A DNA stretch of 64,000 bases, the filler included, from Conidiobolus incongruus B7586 (lineage: Eukaryota), in NCBI GenBank assembly GCA_000697335.1. It is 44 parts of 44 records of this genome, joined end to end, with 100 filler letters (N's around TTAATTAATTAA, not from the genome) between each part and the next. Parts side by side here need not be neighbours in the genome. Positions count along the whole stretch, not along the records: positions 26,151 to 27,513 come from JNEM01002442.1; positions 27,614 to 28,972 come from JNEM01002443.1; positions 29,073 to 30,430 come from JNEM01002444.1; positions 30,531 to 31,884 come from JNEM01002445.1; positions 31,985 to 33,334 come from JNEM01002446.1; positions 33,435 to 34,783 come from JNEM01002447.1; positions 34,884 to 36,229 come from JNEM01002448.1; positions 36,330 to 37,675 come from JNEM01002449.1; 36 more parts are not named here. One strand, written 5' to 3'. Of this stretch, positions 27,418 through 42,245 are shown one piece after another. Position 1 is the stretch's first letter; each line of letters opens with the position of its first letter. A program made the translations under genes and the position numbers. The notes below the pieces were generated by a model. It saw only the letters and a program-made list of their open reading frames with translations. It did not search any database and had not been told where the DNA came from.

Positions 27418-30400
27418 ATAATTTTTTTTTGCTGGCTAATATAAATAATCTATTAAATATAAAAATAGAACTCTGTTATATATACTTCTAAATTATAATT
27501 TAAAAATTTATTANNNNNNNNNNNNNNNNNNNNNNNNNNNNNNNNNNNNNNNNNNNNTTAATTAATTAANNNNNNNNNNNNNNNNNNNNNNNNNNNNNNN
27601 NNNNNNNNNNNNNAAAATATATTTAAAAATTAAAATTAATTATATAAGATATTATAATTTAATATTTTGATATTTTAAATCTAGATATTGAAATCAAATT
27701 AATCTATCTTTATTCAGAAAAATAACATATAATACTTGAGATTTTATTATTATATCAATATAATGATTTAATTCTAAAAATAAGTTTATATGTTAATAAA
27801 TACATTGTAATTCCATAAATTTTATTAATAACATTAAAGCTCTATATGAAATTTTATAAAAATTATACCAAAAAATAAATCAACTAAATAATTCAAAATA
27901 AAATGAAATAAATTATTTAATTTAAGTATTTAATTAATTTGTAATTTTTATTAAGCTACAAATATTGCTTATTCAATAAATTACTAATATCAAATCATAT
28001 AATTTTTAAATTTAAAAAAAATATTCATAAATGTTGATGATATCATTCATATATATGGTAAAAAAATGATATTTTAGATAAATTTCTTCTTATAATTAAT
28101 ATTTTAATATATATATTAAAGATTATCCTGTAATTAATTATATTATAAACAGAAAAGTAAAATTTTTTTATTATATATTATTTTGATTAAAATATTTTAG
28201 TGTTTATTTATCAGAACAAAAATTTAATATATTATTTTATTTATCAAAATAATAGGACCTAATTCAAGTTTACCAGATGCTTATTGTTCACTAATTTATG
28301 TTATTAAATATTTAAATTTATAATACAGTTACTTGTATGATTAATTGAAATTTTTATATATTTGTACAATAAATTCAAATTATTCAAGCATGGTTGCAAA
28401 TATAAACAACATATTATATAATATATTTAATACAAAAAATATTTTATTTAATGAATTTTAAATATAATATCAAAAAAAATATATGGAATAAATTTTATTA
28501 TATATTGATAAATTTTTTACCTATAATTTATAAATCTAAGAAATCAAAATTTTAATATTATATATTAAGAAAATAAAATGTTGTAAAATAAATTATATAT
28601 ATAAAATCGAATACACAAATTTAAATAAATTTTATTTATAAAATATCAATTATTTACTCAAATTATAAATTTGAGTTTTCTTCCATTTAAATATTATATT
28701 TATGAGGATAAGCTCATTTTGATAATTTAAATTCATTCAAATATTGGTTTATATAAAATACAATTATTATAATAGGCAATAATATATTTTTCAAATTAAA
28801 ATTTAATACAAAAATTTCCATATATAATAAAATTAAATCAAAAATTTGAATAAAATTAATAATTATTTAATATTTTTAAAAAGGTTTAAAAAATATAAGT
28901 TCATGTGAACTATAAAATATTTTTTTAATGAATCAAATAAAAAAAATGATAAATTTTCAGAGAAATAATATANNNNNNNNNNNNNNNNNNNNNNNNNNNN
29001 NNNNNNNNNNNNNNNNTTAATTAATTAANNNNNNNNNNNNNNNNNNNNNNNNNNNNNNNNNNNNNNNNNNNNAATAGTATTTAGGATATTATATTAAGAT
29101 ACTTATAAAATTTTACTAGGTATTTAATATATACCAAATAATATAATTAAAAATTATTATTTAATAATATTTATCAATAAATTTTTTAACATATTTGATA
29201 AGGTTCTAATCAGATTTAACTATTATTAGTATCTATTAACAAAATTAATAAAAATAATTTTATTATAATATATTTTAATATATTTCAAAATTAAAGATAA
29301 TAGGTTATATTAGTGATTCTAAGTAAAGTGCTTCATTTTATAAAAAAAAACTTTCAATATAATTCAATCAATTAAACTAAAATTCTGAATGAAACAAAGA
29401 ATTTTAAATTCAACAACAATTATTTATTGTATAAAAAAAATAATATTTTGATTAGAGATATTAATATAGCAGATGGTATAATTATATATTATATAATTAA
29501 TTCAGAAAATGAAAAAGGGATAAACCTATATAAGAGTTTAATATACTTTACAGAAGAGTAATACCAGATTCAGAATTATTATTATTTTATAATTTTAAAT
29601 ATTCAATAAAAAATTTATATTCAAAATATTTTTGGTTCTAATTTAATATTTGTATATATTATAACTATTAGAGAGATTAAAAGATACCTATTTATTATTT
29701 TATATTTTGAGATATTAAAGATATTAGAGATTTATTATTATATATGTAATTATATATATGAATTAAAAGGTTAAAGAAAAAAAAGCTTAATTAGTGAAAT
29801 ATTCCAAAAGGATTTTTTATTTAATTTTTATTTTTGGAATTGATTAATTAGTCTTATAAATTAATGCAACTTTAATGATAAAAACAGATGATTTTCCTTA
29901 ATTAAAAATTTATTCCAATCAAAATAACTTATATTTGCAAGTCTTAATTTTCTATCTGAAATATAGATATTTGATTTAATAATATATTTTAATTCAAGTT
30001 GGTAATAAATTATTTATTCTCAGATTATAGTTAACTATTTAAACTATTTGATATATTATGCACCAAGTGATTTTTCATCTAAATTGATTATTAAAACTTG
30101 CATATTTCTAAAACATTAGCTAAACTGGTGATTTGAATCAAATACAACATATATCTATATTCATAATTTATTTTAATAAAATGATATTCAATTAATAAAA
30201 TAATATTTGATAAATAAAATATTAATATTGACATTATATATTTAAATTAGTTTAAATAACCAAATAATAGATTTTATCAAAAATTTTTATTTCATTTACT
30301 TAATAAATTCTTTTTTTTACAAAATTTTATAATTAATTTTATTAATTAAATATAAAAATTTAATATAAATAACAATATTAATAATTTTAATATTTATAAA

Positions 30401-32347
30401 TTTATAAGAAATTTAATAAAAAATTATTAANNNNNNNNNNNNNNNNNNNNNNNNNNNNNNNNNNNNNNNNNNNNTTAATTAATTAANNNNNNNNNNNNNN
30501 NNNNNNNNNNNNNNNNNNNNNNNNNNNNNNAAATAAATAAATAAATTTTGAAAATATATTATTTTAATATTTTTAATTATCAATTATTCATATTATAAGT
30601 GCGAGTTATTATTATTATTTAAATATATTAATTATAATACAACTTATTAAATATTTTTAAAATAAACAAACTTGGAAAAAAAATTAAAATCTAAAAAATA
30701 ACAAATGGTATATTATTATAGTATTTTATTGATGACAATGAAGAAATATGTTTATTTTTAAATTATATCTTAATATTTATAAAGATTAATGAGTTTTAAT
30801 ATAATTGATAATAAATAATAAACATAGATATTATTATTCATTATTCAAATCGTTTGAATCCAGAATTATTACATAATTGATATCCGCTACTTATATCTTT
30901 TTAGTCAAGGTTTCATATTATAAATCAGTTATAATTAAAACATATTTAAAAAAACTATAAATTTATGGAATTTTTTTTAAAAACAAGGTTTTATCATATA
31001 ATCCTTTATTATTTCATTTAAGAATTTTTAAAAAAATTATTTATATCAATTTATAAATTATAAAAATATTTACAAAAGATTGAACTATACTTATTAAATA
31101 TCTTAATTAAAATTTTAATAAAATAGATTTATTCAATAATGTTATTTTATCTGTATAAAGCAATAAAAATCACTTTGATATATATTAAAATATTACTTTA
31201 TGAAAAAAAAATGAAAATAAAAATGTAACTGAAAAATATAAATAGAAACTTGATATTATTCAAATAAATTAATATTGTTTAAGCGTAAAATAATTTTGAA
31301 TAATCACCTATTTATTGAAAAATATTAAATAAAAAAATATAGGTAAAAAAATAAAAGTTTTAAGATTAATAAAATAAATATTAGTTATTAGTAATACAAA
31401 TATAAACCTCGAACTATAATAATAATATTTTGATTATTTTAATAATTTATTAGTAGTTTATATCTTATATTTGAGTATAATTTTTAAATACCTTTGATTC
31501 AATTTGTAAATATGATTTTTATTATTTATTTATATATATATTTTATTATTCTTCTTTGATGATTATTAATAATTATTTTCTAAGATCTAAAACTATCCTT
31601 ATCAATAATAGATTTTATATTTATATTATATTTTAATAAGTTAATATATTTGAACCATAGATAAATCTACTGCTGTATAATATATATTTTATTAGCATTA
31701 ATTTCAATTTTCTTTTGAATTATATTAAATTATCATTAATTATCATTAATATTATTAATTTAGTAATATTAATAAATTGTAAAGGAAAAAAATCAATGTG
31801 TTATTTAGATGAAATAGATTTTTGACTTTGAATTCAATATATATATATATATATATATTATAAAAAAATTAAACAAATAAAACTNNNNNNNNNNNNNNNN
31901 NNNNNNNNNNNNNNNNNNNNNNNNNNNNTTAATTAATTAANNNNNNNNNNNNNNNNNNNNNNNNNNNNNNNNNNNNNNNNNNNNATATATTAAATTAAAA
32001 TTGATTGATTGATTTATTATGATAAAAATAATTTTAAGAATATATTAAAATTATTCAATTTAAATTTTTTTTAACAAATTAAGATTATTGTAAATTGAAT
32101 TAATATAATTTTTTTAAAAGATATTAGTTAACTTTTTAATTAACTTAATTTTTATAAATAATTGTGATTTTTATTTATTTTAAAATAAATTTTAACTTTT
32201 TTACCAAAGGTTTTTTATAGTATTTTAAATAAAAATGTTTATTAATTTAAATTTAAATAAATTAGAATAAGATTTAAAAATTTGATTGTTGAGATTAAAA
32301 AATAATTATAAAGTAAAAAATATCATTAATTATAATTATTATATTAT

Positions 32348-32927
32348 TATTAAAATCCAAAATATTATATTAGAAATCTTTCAAGGTATTATTAATTAAG
32401 CTGACTAGATTACTTTTCTTGAATTATAAATAATTGATTTTGCATTAATAATTTACACTTTATTATTAATTATCAATAATACCTTATTTTTGATAAGATA
32501 AATAAATTTTGGTAAAGACTTAGCTACCACCATAATCAATATCAATAATATTATAAATTGCCCTTTTATTTAAAAGAATATCAAGAAGCAAAATATCTGA
32601 TATAATAACCAAATAAACAATTTGTTAAATAATAAATGAAGATTAATTAAACAATATAGAGCTAGCTTTTACCACCTCTATTTGAGTTAGAAATAAAGAT
32701 AAATGTTGCTTTATTTGGAAATCTATTCCTTTATATATTACCTTAGATTATACTTTATATGATAATACTAACTAAGAGACTATTCAGGTTTACTATTAGA
32801 CTAAACTTGTAGTTTATTTATAAAGTATTAACACTTACTTATATAGTATATCTTGTTAATAAAATAGGTGAACATTATAATATATTACCTGAATCAAATA
32901 AAGAAACATTATTTAGAAGGTTCAATA
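32348..32927. mobile_element. Solo LTR family D, 580 bp (opposite orientation)
   Basis: Perfect 5-bp TSD ATTAT; termini TATTAA...TCAATA. Confidence 0.78.
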
Positions 32928-33675
32928 ATTATAAATATACAAAATAAACACATTATCAAAGTATTTTTTATTAATTAATTATATCTTTATTTAAAAATCA
33001 AAGCTAAATAATAGCTTATAAATTTAATTTTTTTAATGATAATTATTATATTTAAATATATCTAATTAAATTTCTTAATAAGTTATTTTATAAATGTTTT
33101 TTATTTAAGTTAAAAAACCTTTTTTTTATATTTAAAACTTAATTTTTTAGGTATTACTTTTTTTAAAGGGATTTTTTTAAATTATTTGAAAGTTTAAATT
33201 TATATGATAAGTTATCAATCAAAAAATTTTTTAAGATTAAACTTATAATATATTAATGATTAAATAAAAAGTAAGTTTTTCTAGAAAAAAAATAACTAAT
33301 TTAAAGATAATTTTTAAATTTTTATTAAAAATTANNNNNNNNNNNNNNNNNNNNNNNNNNNNNNNNNNNNNNNNNNNNTTAATTAATTAANNNNNNNNNN
33401 NNNNNNNNNNNNNNNNNNNNNNNNNNNNNNNNNNAATATATATTATCCAAACTTATATAATTAAACTATTATTATAATATTTTAGCTAAAATAGAAATTT
33501 CACTCTAATATATTTTTTTAAATTAAATAAAAATATCAGAAATAAATATTAACCTTTTTTATATAAATAATATTTAAAAGATATTTCTTTTATTATTAAT
33601 ATAAGAATTTTATAATTAAAAATAATTTTATAAAAAATATTTTTAAATATTTTATTAAATTTTATATGATATTAT

Positions 33676-34465
33676 TATTGGCAATATTACCAACCACTTA
33701 CACTATTATAATTAAATTCTTATCCTATAATCACTAAGTTATTTGTCACATTACTTAATTACACATTATTGATAAAATTGAAGGGAGCTTTAGAACAAAG
33801 AAAAAAAAATAAACATGGATTTATATTTTAATAATTGTCAGGCTATTATATATTTAAAATACTCCCAGAAAACAAAGAGGATTTTGATAAAATAAATATA
33901 ACATTAGATATAGAATTTATACAATCAGAGTATCACATCATTATTAAAAATGTTGCTCAGGATCTTTCATATACCGAGATCATGGAAAGTTGTGATCCTG
34001 ACTATCGAATCATCATTATTATAGACAAACGAACATACAACGACAATACTATTAGGATTTTGAATAGAATAGCTTATGTAGATGAAGACGCTGATATAGA
34101 TGATGAACTAGAGATTGTAGATGCTGATTTTTGTTATAAAATAGCTAGCTTCAATCATTTGCTATATATCAAATACTTTGAATATAATGAAGTAAGGTAT
34201 TTTGTAGGAGTTACTAAAGTTAAGTAATCCAACACAAATTTTAAAAAAACCAACACTAATGGAGAATGATGGTATCATTAGCAGATCTCATATAGATATT
34301 GCCCTAGACTTTTTTTAATCTTGATATAGATCACATTGTTATTAAAATAAATTATCTTCCCTGTTCTTGATCATTCTTTTAATATCCAAAAAAAATAAAT
34401 ATAGAATTATATTTTACTTTATTTTTGTTTTGATTACAGACCCAGATTATATAAAATAACCAATA
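33676..34465. mobile_element. Family F-like LTR shell enclosing ~550 bp of extra sequence
   Basis: The first ~110 bp align with 61857-61970. Termini are TATTGG...CCAATA. The TSD matches only 3 of 5 bases, so the 3' boundary is uncertain. Confidence 0.5.
33835..34227 (+). CDS. Hypothetical acidic protein or exon, 130 aa, no ATG start
   Basis: The only ORF with protein-like composition (many D/E/A), higher GC and retained CpGs. It is preceded by a possible splice acceptor TTGTCAG. Confidence 0.5.
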   Translation: MSGYYIFKILPENKEDFDKINITLDIEFIQSEYHIIIKNVAQDLSYTEIMESCDPDYRIIIIIDKRTYNDNTIRILNRIAYVDEDADIDDELEIVDADFCYKIASFNHLLYIKYFEYNEVRYFVGVTKVK

Positions 34466-34883
34466 TTTACAATGACTATTTTTGACTTTTATTAATATTT
34501 TAATAAATATTCTTATATTATTAATATTTAATATTAAAATAATTAATTTTAAATATTAATATTAAATTAAAAGTATTTGTTTTAAATTTAAATAACTGGA
34601 TTTTTTTTTATTTAAAAAAAAAATCAACATTGTAATATTTAAATTATAAATATATATATATATAATATAAAATTAATAATATCATTTATTTTTATTAACT
34701 TTTGGCCATATTTTTAGTAAGGTTGTAATATTTAAAAAATAGTTGTTTTTATTAGAGACTAAATTCTGATATTTTATAAACTANNNNNNNNNNNNNNNNN
34801 NNNNNNNNNNNNNNNNNNNNNNNNNNNTTAATTAATTAANNNNNNNNNNNNNNNNNNNNNNNNNNNNNNNNNNNNNNNNNNNN

Positions 34884-36229
34884 ATATATATTTTATATTG
34901 ATAATATAATATATAAAGTTAAATTTAATTTATTATTAATTGATATATTAAAACTAAAAATATATTTAAAATAAGTTATAGATTTATAGGTTTTAATATT
35001 GATAGAAAAATTAATATCTAGTATATCTATCTTTAGCTTTTCTAATTTCTTTATGTTTGTAGGGTATAGAATCAACTAATTTTTATATTAAGAAGGGTTA
35101 ATCTTATTCTATGCTTCTTAAATATATTTTTAAAGTTAATCTAAATTTTTTGTTAAGGGAAAAGCTTTAATAGCTTTTTTTAACTAATTTTAATGATGTT
35201 TAATTAGATTAAGATTAAAAAATTGAAAAAACTAATTTATAACTATTATCTTGTTATTTTTAAACTATTTGGTAATAGAAGCTATAATATAACAAAAAGC
35301 ATTATCTTACTAGAAAATAACATTAGATTTGTTTAACCTATATTATTTAATAGTTTTTTTTAATTTATTGTTTAAAATACTTTAATACATCTTAATATTA
35401 ATTCCCCCATCAACCTTATTAAGATACCTTATATTTAAAGATAATATATATCTTTAAATTATAATTAACCTATTATTATATTTTTAAGTTGTAATAACAA
35501 AATAGTTATAAAGTAGTATTTTATCTTTTTTGTAATATCTAGTTTTTTTATTAAATTTATTAATATATATCTTTGTTTTATTAAATTAAATAACTTTACT
35601 TTAATTAGTTTTAATTCAACTTTAATATAGGCATTTAAATTCTTACTTAACTTTATAATAGGACTTTTTTATTTAGGGGTGTTTTTTCTTAAAGTGTAAG
35701 TAATATTTATTTTAATATAAAGCATATATAATAGAGCTAGTACTAATTAATATTCTTATATAGTTTTGTAATTTTTGTTGTATTTCTATATTAATATTAC
35801 ATTTACCTATATTAACTAATCTACAAATTTACTTTTTATCATGTTTATCTATAATTTTAACATATTTAAGTTTTAATTTAAGTGTTTCTTTAATATTATT
35901 CTTAATAACCCTGGGTTATAATAAATTAGCTAATACTAGTAATTCTAACAATCTTATAAGTTGATTTATTTTTATTATGAAGTTAATTTATATATAAGTG
36001 AACTTTTTTAAAGAGAGATTTAAGCATTATAATATTAATTTTAAAATATTAAAATAATAGTTTAATAATAAATATAATATAATAAAAAAAAAAGATATAT
36101 ATAAGTTTTGTTATTTATACCCTTTTAATATATAAACCCACAAATTTATTACTTATCTTAGTTAAATTTTAGGTTTCAATATATTAACCAATAGTAAATG
36201 AAATATAATCAAATATAGTTAGTTATAAT
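34884..36229 (-). mobile_element. Degenerate Tc1 family B
   Basis: Colinear with B; retains VDGGIN. Confidence 0.9.
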
Positions 36230-36498
36230 NNNNNNNNNNNNNNNNNNNNNNNNNNNNNNNNNNNNNNNNNNNNTTAATTAATTAANNNNNNNNNNNNNNN
36301 NNNNNNNNNNNNNNNNNNNNNNNNNNNNNTTAATTAAATATTGATTGATAATATATATTTATTATTAAAATAGATTACAAAAGTTTTGATTAAATTAAAT
36401 TAAATAAAACTCTTGAGTATTTTAAATATTATTAAAATTCAAATATTAATTATATTGATAATTTTATATAAAAACACTATAAATGTTTTTTGGAAATA

Positions 36499-37675
36499 TT
36501 ACTCTATATTTTAAATAATAGGAATTTTATAAAATTAAAAATCAATAAATATTATGATATATAATTTATAGAAATAAATATATAATATAAATTTAATGAT
36601 TTCTTTTATTATTAATAGCTTTTGGCTATATTTCTAGGAAATATCTGATATCTAAAAAATAGTTCTTTTTATTAAAGACTTAAATTTAATATTTTACAAA
36701 TTAATAACTTTTTTTATAGAAATTTTCTTTCCTGTAAGTTAGTTTCTTAATTACCAAAAGCAATTATAATCATATAGGTTGTAATCTAAATATATACTAG
36801 ATATGATAGTATTTTCCAGTTATTTTTAATCAAAAAATATTTTAGAGCTTTAAATTTATTTATTTTAGAATTATTATGCAAAATAATAGATTTTTATAAA
36901 ATATATTTAGAATAATAGTTAGAAATGATTTTTTCAAAAAAAAATATAATATTTATTATTAATTAACTTTTCTTCAAGAACTAAAAAATAGCATATATCA
37001 TTATAATCCATTATAATTATAAACATTTATTTATAAATAAAATGCTTATTTAAAGGGATTTATATAAAGGGTTAATTTAATTTAATTTAATATTTTAATT
37101 TATGTTTTGATAAAAGATTATTCATAAGGATTTAAGATTAATTAATTATTATTATTCATTGTAAAAGCTTAGGTTTCTTGAAATATTTCAGTAAGTTTTA
37201 TTTAATAATAGCTATTCTAGCTTTTTTATAAACTTTTGTTAAATTATAAGATATCTATATTATATTATTATTAATTAATTTAAATTTAAACTTTAATATA
37301 TATAGAATGCTTATAAGATAATATTAAAGTGTTTAGATAACTCTGTAACTGAAATAAAAAAATGCTTTTTAATATATTTTTTCACTTTATTAATAATTAT
37401 AAAAGTGATAGTTAAAGTTAATTTTCTAGATTTTAATAGGTTTTAAATAATTTCTTTATTAGCCTTAAAGTAATTTATCTAGAAATAATTAATTAAATTA
37501 GATTATATTTTATTACCAACAGCTGTTTATAAATTTTTAAATAATTTTAGATTGTTTATAATTAAGTTATATTAATAATAAAATATAAGAATTTTGATGA
37601 TTATTATTTGGTTTTAATATAATTAAATTAAGTAATTAATTTTAAAAAATTAATTTTTTAATCAAAAAAATATAA
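36499..37675 (-). mobile_element. Degenerate mariner A1
   Basis: Right TIR TA|TTACTCTATATTTTAAATAATAGGAATT; colinear body. Confidence 0.9.
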
Positions 37676-37793
37676 NNNNNNNNNNNNNNNNNNNNNNNNN
37701 NNNNNNNNNNNNNNNNNNNTTAATTAATTAANNNNNNNNNNNNNNNNNNNNNNNNNNNNNNNNNNNNNNNNNNNNTATAAATCAAAATATATA

Positions 37794-39117
37794 TACTACC
37801 CATAAAAATAAGTTATAAATTCAAAAACACTTAAATTTTTACTAATAACTTGATTGATATTTAATAAAATATATTATATTTATTAATAGAATTAATTATT
37901 AAATGATGATATTTAATTATTAATTGGTTAAAATATCAATTTTTAAACTTTACCTAAAATAATTCATAAATTTATAAATTTTTGGTGATAAAGAAATTAA
38001 AACCTAATATATCTACCTTTAACTTTTCTAATTTCTTTAAGTTTGTGGGGTATAGAATTAACTAACTTTTTATATTAAAAAGGGTTAATTTTGTATTTTT
38101 CTTAAATATATTATTTAAGCTAATTTAAATTTTTTGCTAAGGGAAAAGCTTTAATAATTTTTTTAATTAATTTTAAAGGTGTTTAATTAGGTTAAAATCA
38201 AAAGATTAAAAAAACTAATTTATAACTATTACCTTGTTATTTTTAAGTTATTTGATAATAAAAATTATAATATAACAAAAGGAATTATCTTCTTAGAAAA
38301 TAAAAATAAATTTATTTAACCTATACTATTCAATGGTTTTTTTTAATTAATTGTTTAAAATATATTATTATATCTCAGTATTAATTCCCCCATTAATTGA
38401 ACAAAAATACTGTATATCTAAAGATAATATATATCCTTAAATAATAATTAACTTGTTATTATACTTTTAGGTAAAATTAACATAATAGCTATAAAGTAAT
38501 TTTATATTTTTTTTGAATCATTTAGTTTTTTTATTTAATTTATTAAAATATATTTTTGTTTTTATAAAACTAAGTAACCTTACTCTAATTAATTTTAATT
38601 TATCATTAATAATGATATTTAAATTTTTGCTTAATTTTATCATGGGATTACTTTAATTAAAGATATTTTTTCTTAAAATGTGAATAATATCTATGCTAAT
38701 ATAAAGCACATATAATAGTATTAATATTAACCAAAATTCTAGCAATATTATAAATTGATATAATTTTTTTATAAAGTTAATTGATATATAAGGAAATTTT
38801 TTTAAAGAGGGATTTAAGCATAATGATACTAATAAAAAAATTTAATATATCTGTAAAATAATATAAAAAAATAATAAAGAAAAAAGATATGCCTTTATCT
38901 TAAAAACCTATTAATTTATAAATCACCATAGTTAAATATTAAGGATTAATATTTTTGCTAATAATTTATTAAATATATCTAACTATATTGATTTAATATC
39001 AAATAATATAGTTTAATTATAAATTATAGTTTCAGGTAATCTAATATGTATAATTATTTTAATTATTAATTATAATATATATATTTTTGATTTTAAACTT
39101 AATTTTATAATTTATTA
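37794..39117 (-). mobile_element. Tc1 family B with both ends and a ~190-bp internal deletion
   Basis: Both outer TIR ends are visible. The junction near 38732 lacks the sequence present at ~47271-47460. Confidence 0.82.
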
Positions 39118-39359
39118 TANNNNNNNNNNNNNNNNNNNNNNNNNNNNNNNNNNNNNNNNNNNNTTAATTAATTAANNNNNNNNNNNNNNNNNNNNNNNNN
39201 NNNNNNNNNNNNNNNNNNNAATTAAATTTAAATATAATATATAATATTATTACCAAACAAATATTTACATTTAGTGATATTTTATTTTGAAGGATATTTA
39301 TATAATTTAACAAATAGAAAGTAATAGGTAAAATATTATTAAGTGACAAAAACTATTAT

Positions 39360-40559
39360 TTAATATTTAAAATAATTATAAAATTAATCCAAAAATTGAA
39401 TAATAATATAATTTTAAAATTAATATTAAATAAATTAACAAATAATATATATAATTTTATAAAGATTTTAAAAATAATACTCTTCTCTATTATTAATAGC
39501 TTTTTTCTATATTTTTGATAAGTTTTTAATATTTAAAAAAAGATCTTATTATTAAAGACTGATTTTTGATATTTTATAAACTAATTTAATTTGTTTGGAA
39601 AATTTTTTTTATAAGCTGATTTTTAAATTATCCAAAACAATTATAGTTATTTAGGTAATAATCAGGTAAATATACTAGATGTGATAACTTTCTTTAGTCT
39701 TTTTATATAGAAAATCTTATATAGCTTTAACTCAATATATTTTATAATTATTATACAAAACAATAGATACCCTGAATTTATATTAAAATCATTATTTAGA
39801 GATTATTTTAATTAATAAATAATATACTATTTATTATTAATTGATTTCCCTTTAAATATTAGATAAAAAGATAATATAATAACAAAGTCATTATAATATA
39901 TTTTATTTATTTATATTTAAAATATTAATTGATTTGAATTTATAAAAGGGATTGATTTGACTTAATATCTTATTTTATTCTTAAATAAAGGATTATATAA
40001 AAAAATCAAATATATATCAATTAAAAGTATTTATTCTAAAAACCTTTGTTTTTGGTTATATATTAATAAATTTAATTTAGTTAGACTTATTTTAGATTTT
40101 TTTAAACTTTTGTTAAATTTACAATATTTATGTTATTTTTATATTAATGGTATAAAATAAAAATTTAAGTATATATAATATACTTATATAACTGATATTA
40201 ATTTATTTTGATAATTTTTTAATTAAAATAAAAGATATTTACTATTATATTTTTTTACTTTATTAATAAATCAAAAAATGAAAATAGAAATAATATTTAA
40301 ATTTTAAAAAATTTGCAATAATATCCCTTCTAATTTTAATATCACAAATCTAATTATATATGGTAATTATAGATAAGACACTATCTTTACAAGCTATTTG
40401 CAAGCTTTAGATCATTTTTAATAATTTATGGTTAGGTTTTATAATAAAATAAAAGCTTTCTGATAATAATTATTTAGTTTAAATTTTATAAAATTTAACT
40501 ATATATTTTGAAATCTAATATTTTAATAAACAAAATTTTAACTAAATATAATTATATAA
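39360..40559 (-). mobile_element. Degenerate mariner A2
   Basis: Colinear with 20291-21603. Confidence 0.85.
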
Positions 40560-40683
40560 NNNNNNNNNNNNNNNNNNNNNNNNNNNNNNNNNNNNNNNNN
40601 NNNTTAATTAATTAANNNNNNNNNNNNNNNNNNNNNNNNNNNNNNNNNNNNNNNNNNNNAAATAAATATAAACATTTATAATA

Positions 40684-41994
40684 TTATATTGAATTTAAAA
40701 TAATGGGAAATTTTTAATTTCTGATTTTTCAAACATATAATTAATTTGAAATAAATATTTATATATAAAGTTAATAGGAAATTATATATTTTTATTATAT
40801 ATATAAATATATATAATTATTTTTTTGATTAAAAAATTAATCTTTCAAAATTAATTTATTAATTTAACTATACTTAAACCAAATATTGAATATCATAAGT
40901 TTTTTATTTTAATATTAATATAACTCAATTACAAACTCTTTAAAATCATTCAAAATTTATAAGTAGCTTTTAATAATAAAGTATTATTTAAATTAACAAT
41001 TTATTGCTAAGTTAATCATTTTAAAGCTAAGAGAAAAATTATTTACAACCTGTTAAAATCAAGAAAACCAACTTCAACTACTATTTTTTTAATTATTAAT
41101 AAAGTGGAAAAAAATTTTAAAAAGCTCTCTTTTATTTCAGATAAAGAATTATCTAATATTTTAAAATTAGTTTTATAAGTATTTTATATATGTTAACACT
41201 TAAACTCAAATAAATAAATAAAAATACAAAATAGGTATTTTATAATTAAACTAAAGCTTAGAAAAAAGCTAAAGTAGTTATTGCTAAAAAGAATTTACTA
41301 AAATATTACTAGAAATCTAAACTTTTATAGTAAATAATCATAATTGATGAATTTTAGATCTTTATATATAATTTTTTAACAAAACATAAATTATGGTGTT
41401 AGATTAAGTTAAATTAACCTATTACATAAATCCCTTTAAATAAATATTTTATTAAAAAATAAATATTAATTATTTTAATAAAATAATAATGATATATATT
41501 ACTCTTATTTAGTTCCTGAAAAGAAATCAATTAATAGTAAACTTTATATTGTTTTTTTAAATAAAAGTATTATTAATTAATATTTTTAATAGAATTTAAG
41601 AAAACCTATTATTTTGCATAATAATTTTAAAAAACATAAATCAAATATTGTAAAAAACTATCTAATTGAAAATAACAAGAAAAAATAACATATCTAGTAT
41701 ATTCCTTAGATTATAATCTATATGATTATAATTGCTTTAGGTAATTAAAAGACCAGCTTGCAAGAAAGAAAGTTTTTGGAAAAAAAATTTAATTAATTTG
41801 TAAAATATTAAATTTCAGTTTTTAATAAAAAGAATTATAATTTAGGTATTAGATCTTTGCAAAAATTATAGCAAAAATAATTTATAATAAAGGTAACTAT
41901 TAAATTTATATTATATATTTATATTTTTTTAATATATATTGAAATATTTATTAATTTTTAATCTGAAAAAATTTTCATTATTTAAATTATAGAT
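40684..41994 (+). mobile_element. Near full-length degenerate mariner A1
   Basis: Left TIR TA|TTATATTGAATTTAAAATAATGGGAAATTT; colinear body. Confidence 0.9.
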
Positions 41995-42094
41995 NNNNNN
42001 NNNNNNNNNNNNNNNNNNNNNNNNNNNNNNNNNNNNNNTTAATTAATTAANNNNNNNNNNNNNNNNNNNNNNNNNNNNNNNNNNNNNNNNNNNN

Positions 42095-42245
42095 TAATTA
42101 ATTATTAATTGATATATAAAAATGAAAAGTATATTTAAAATAAGTTATAAATTTACAAGTTTTACTATTAATAGAAGAATTAATATTTAATATATCTATC
42201 TTTTGTTTTTTTTAATTGTTTTAAGTTTATAAGGAATAAAATTAA
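42095..42245 (-). mobile_element. Tc1 family B 3' end fragment
   Basis: Inner DR TAAGTTATAAATTT and the transposase C-terminus. Confidence 0.7.

Noticed and set aside
32933..33334. Possible pogo/DDE_1 transposase relic on the minus strand
   Set aside because: The resemblance is vague, and the expected LQPxD motif was not found beyond the LTR insertion.
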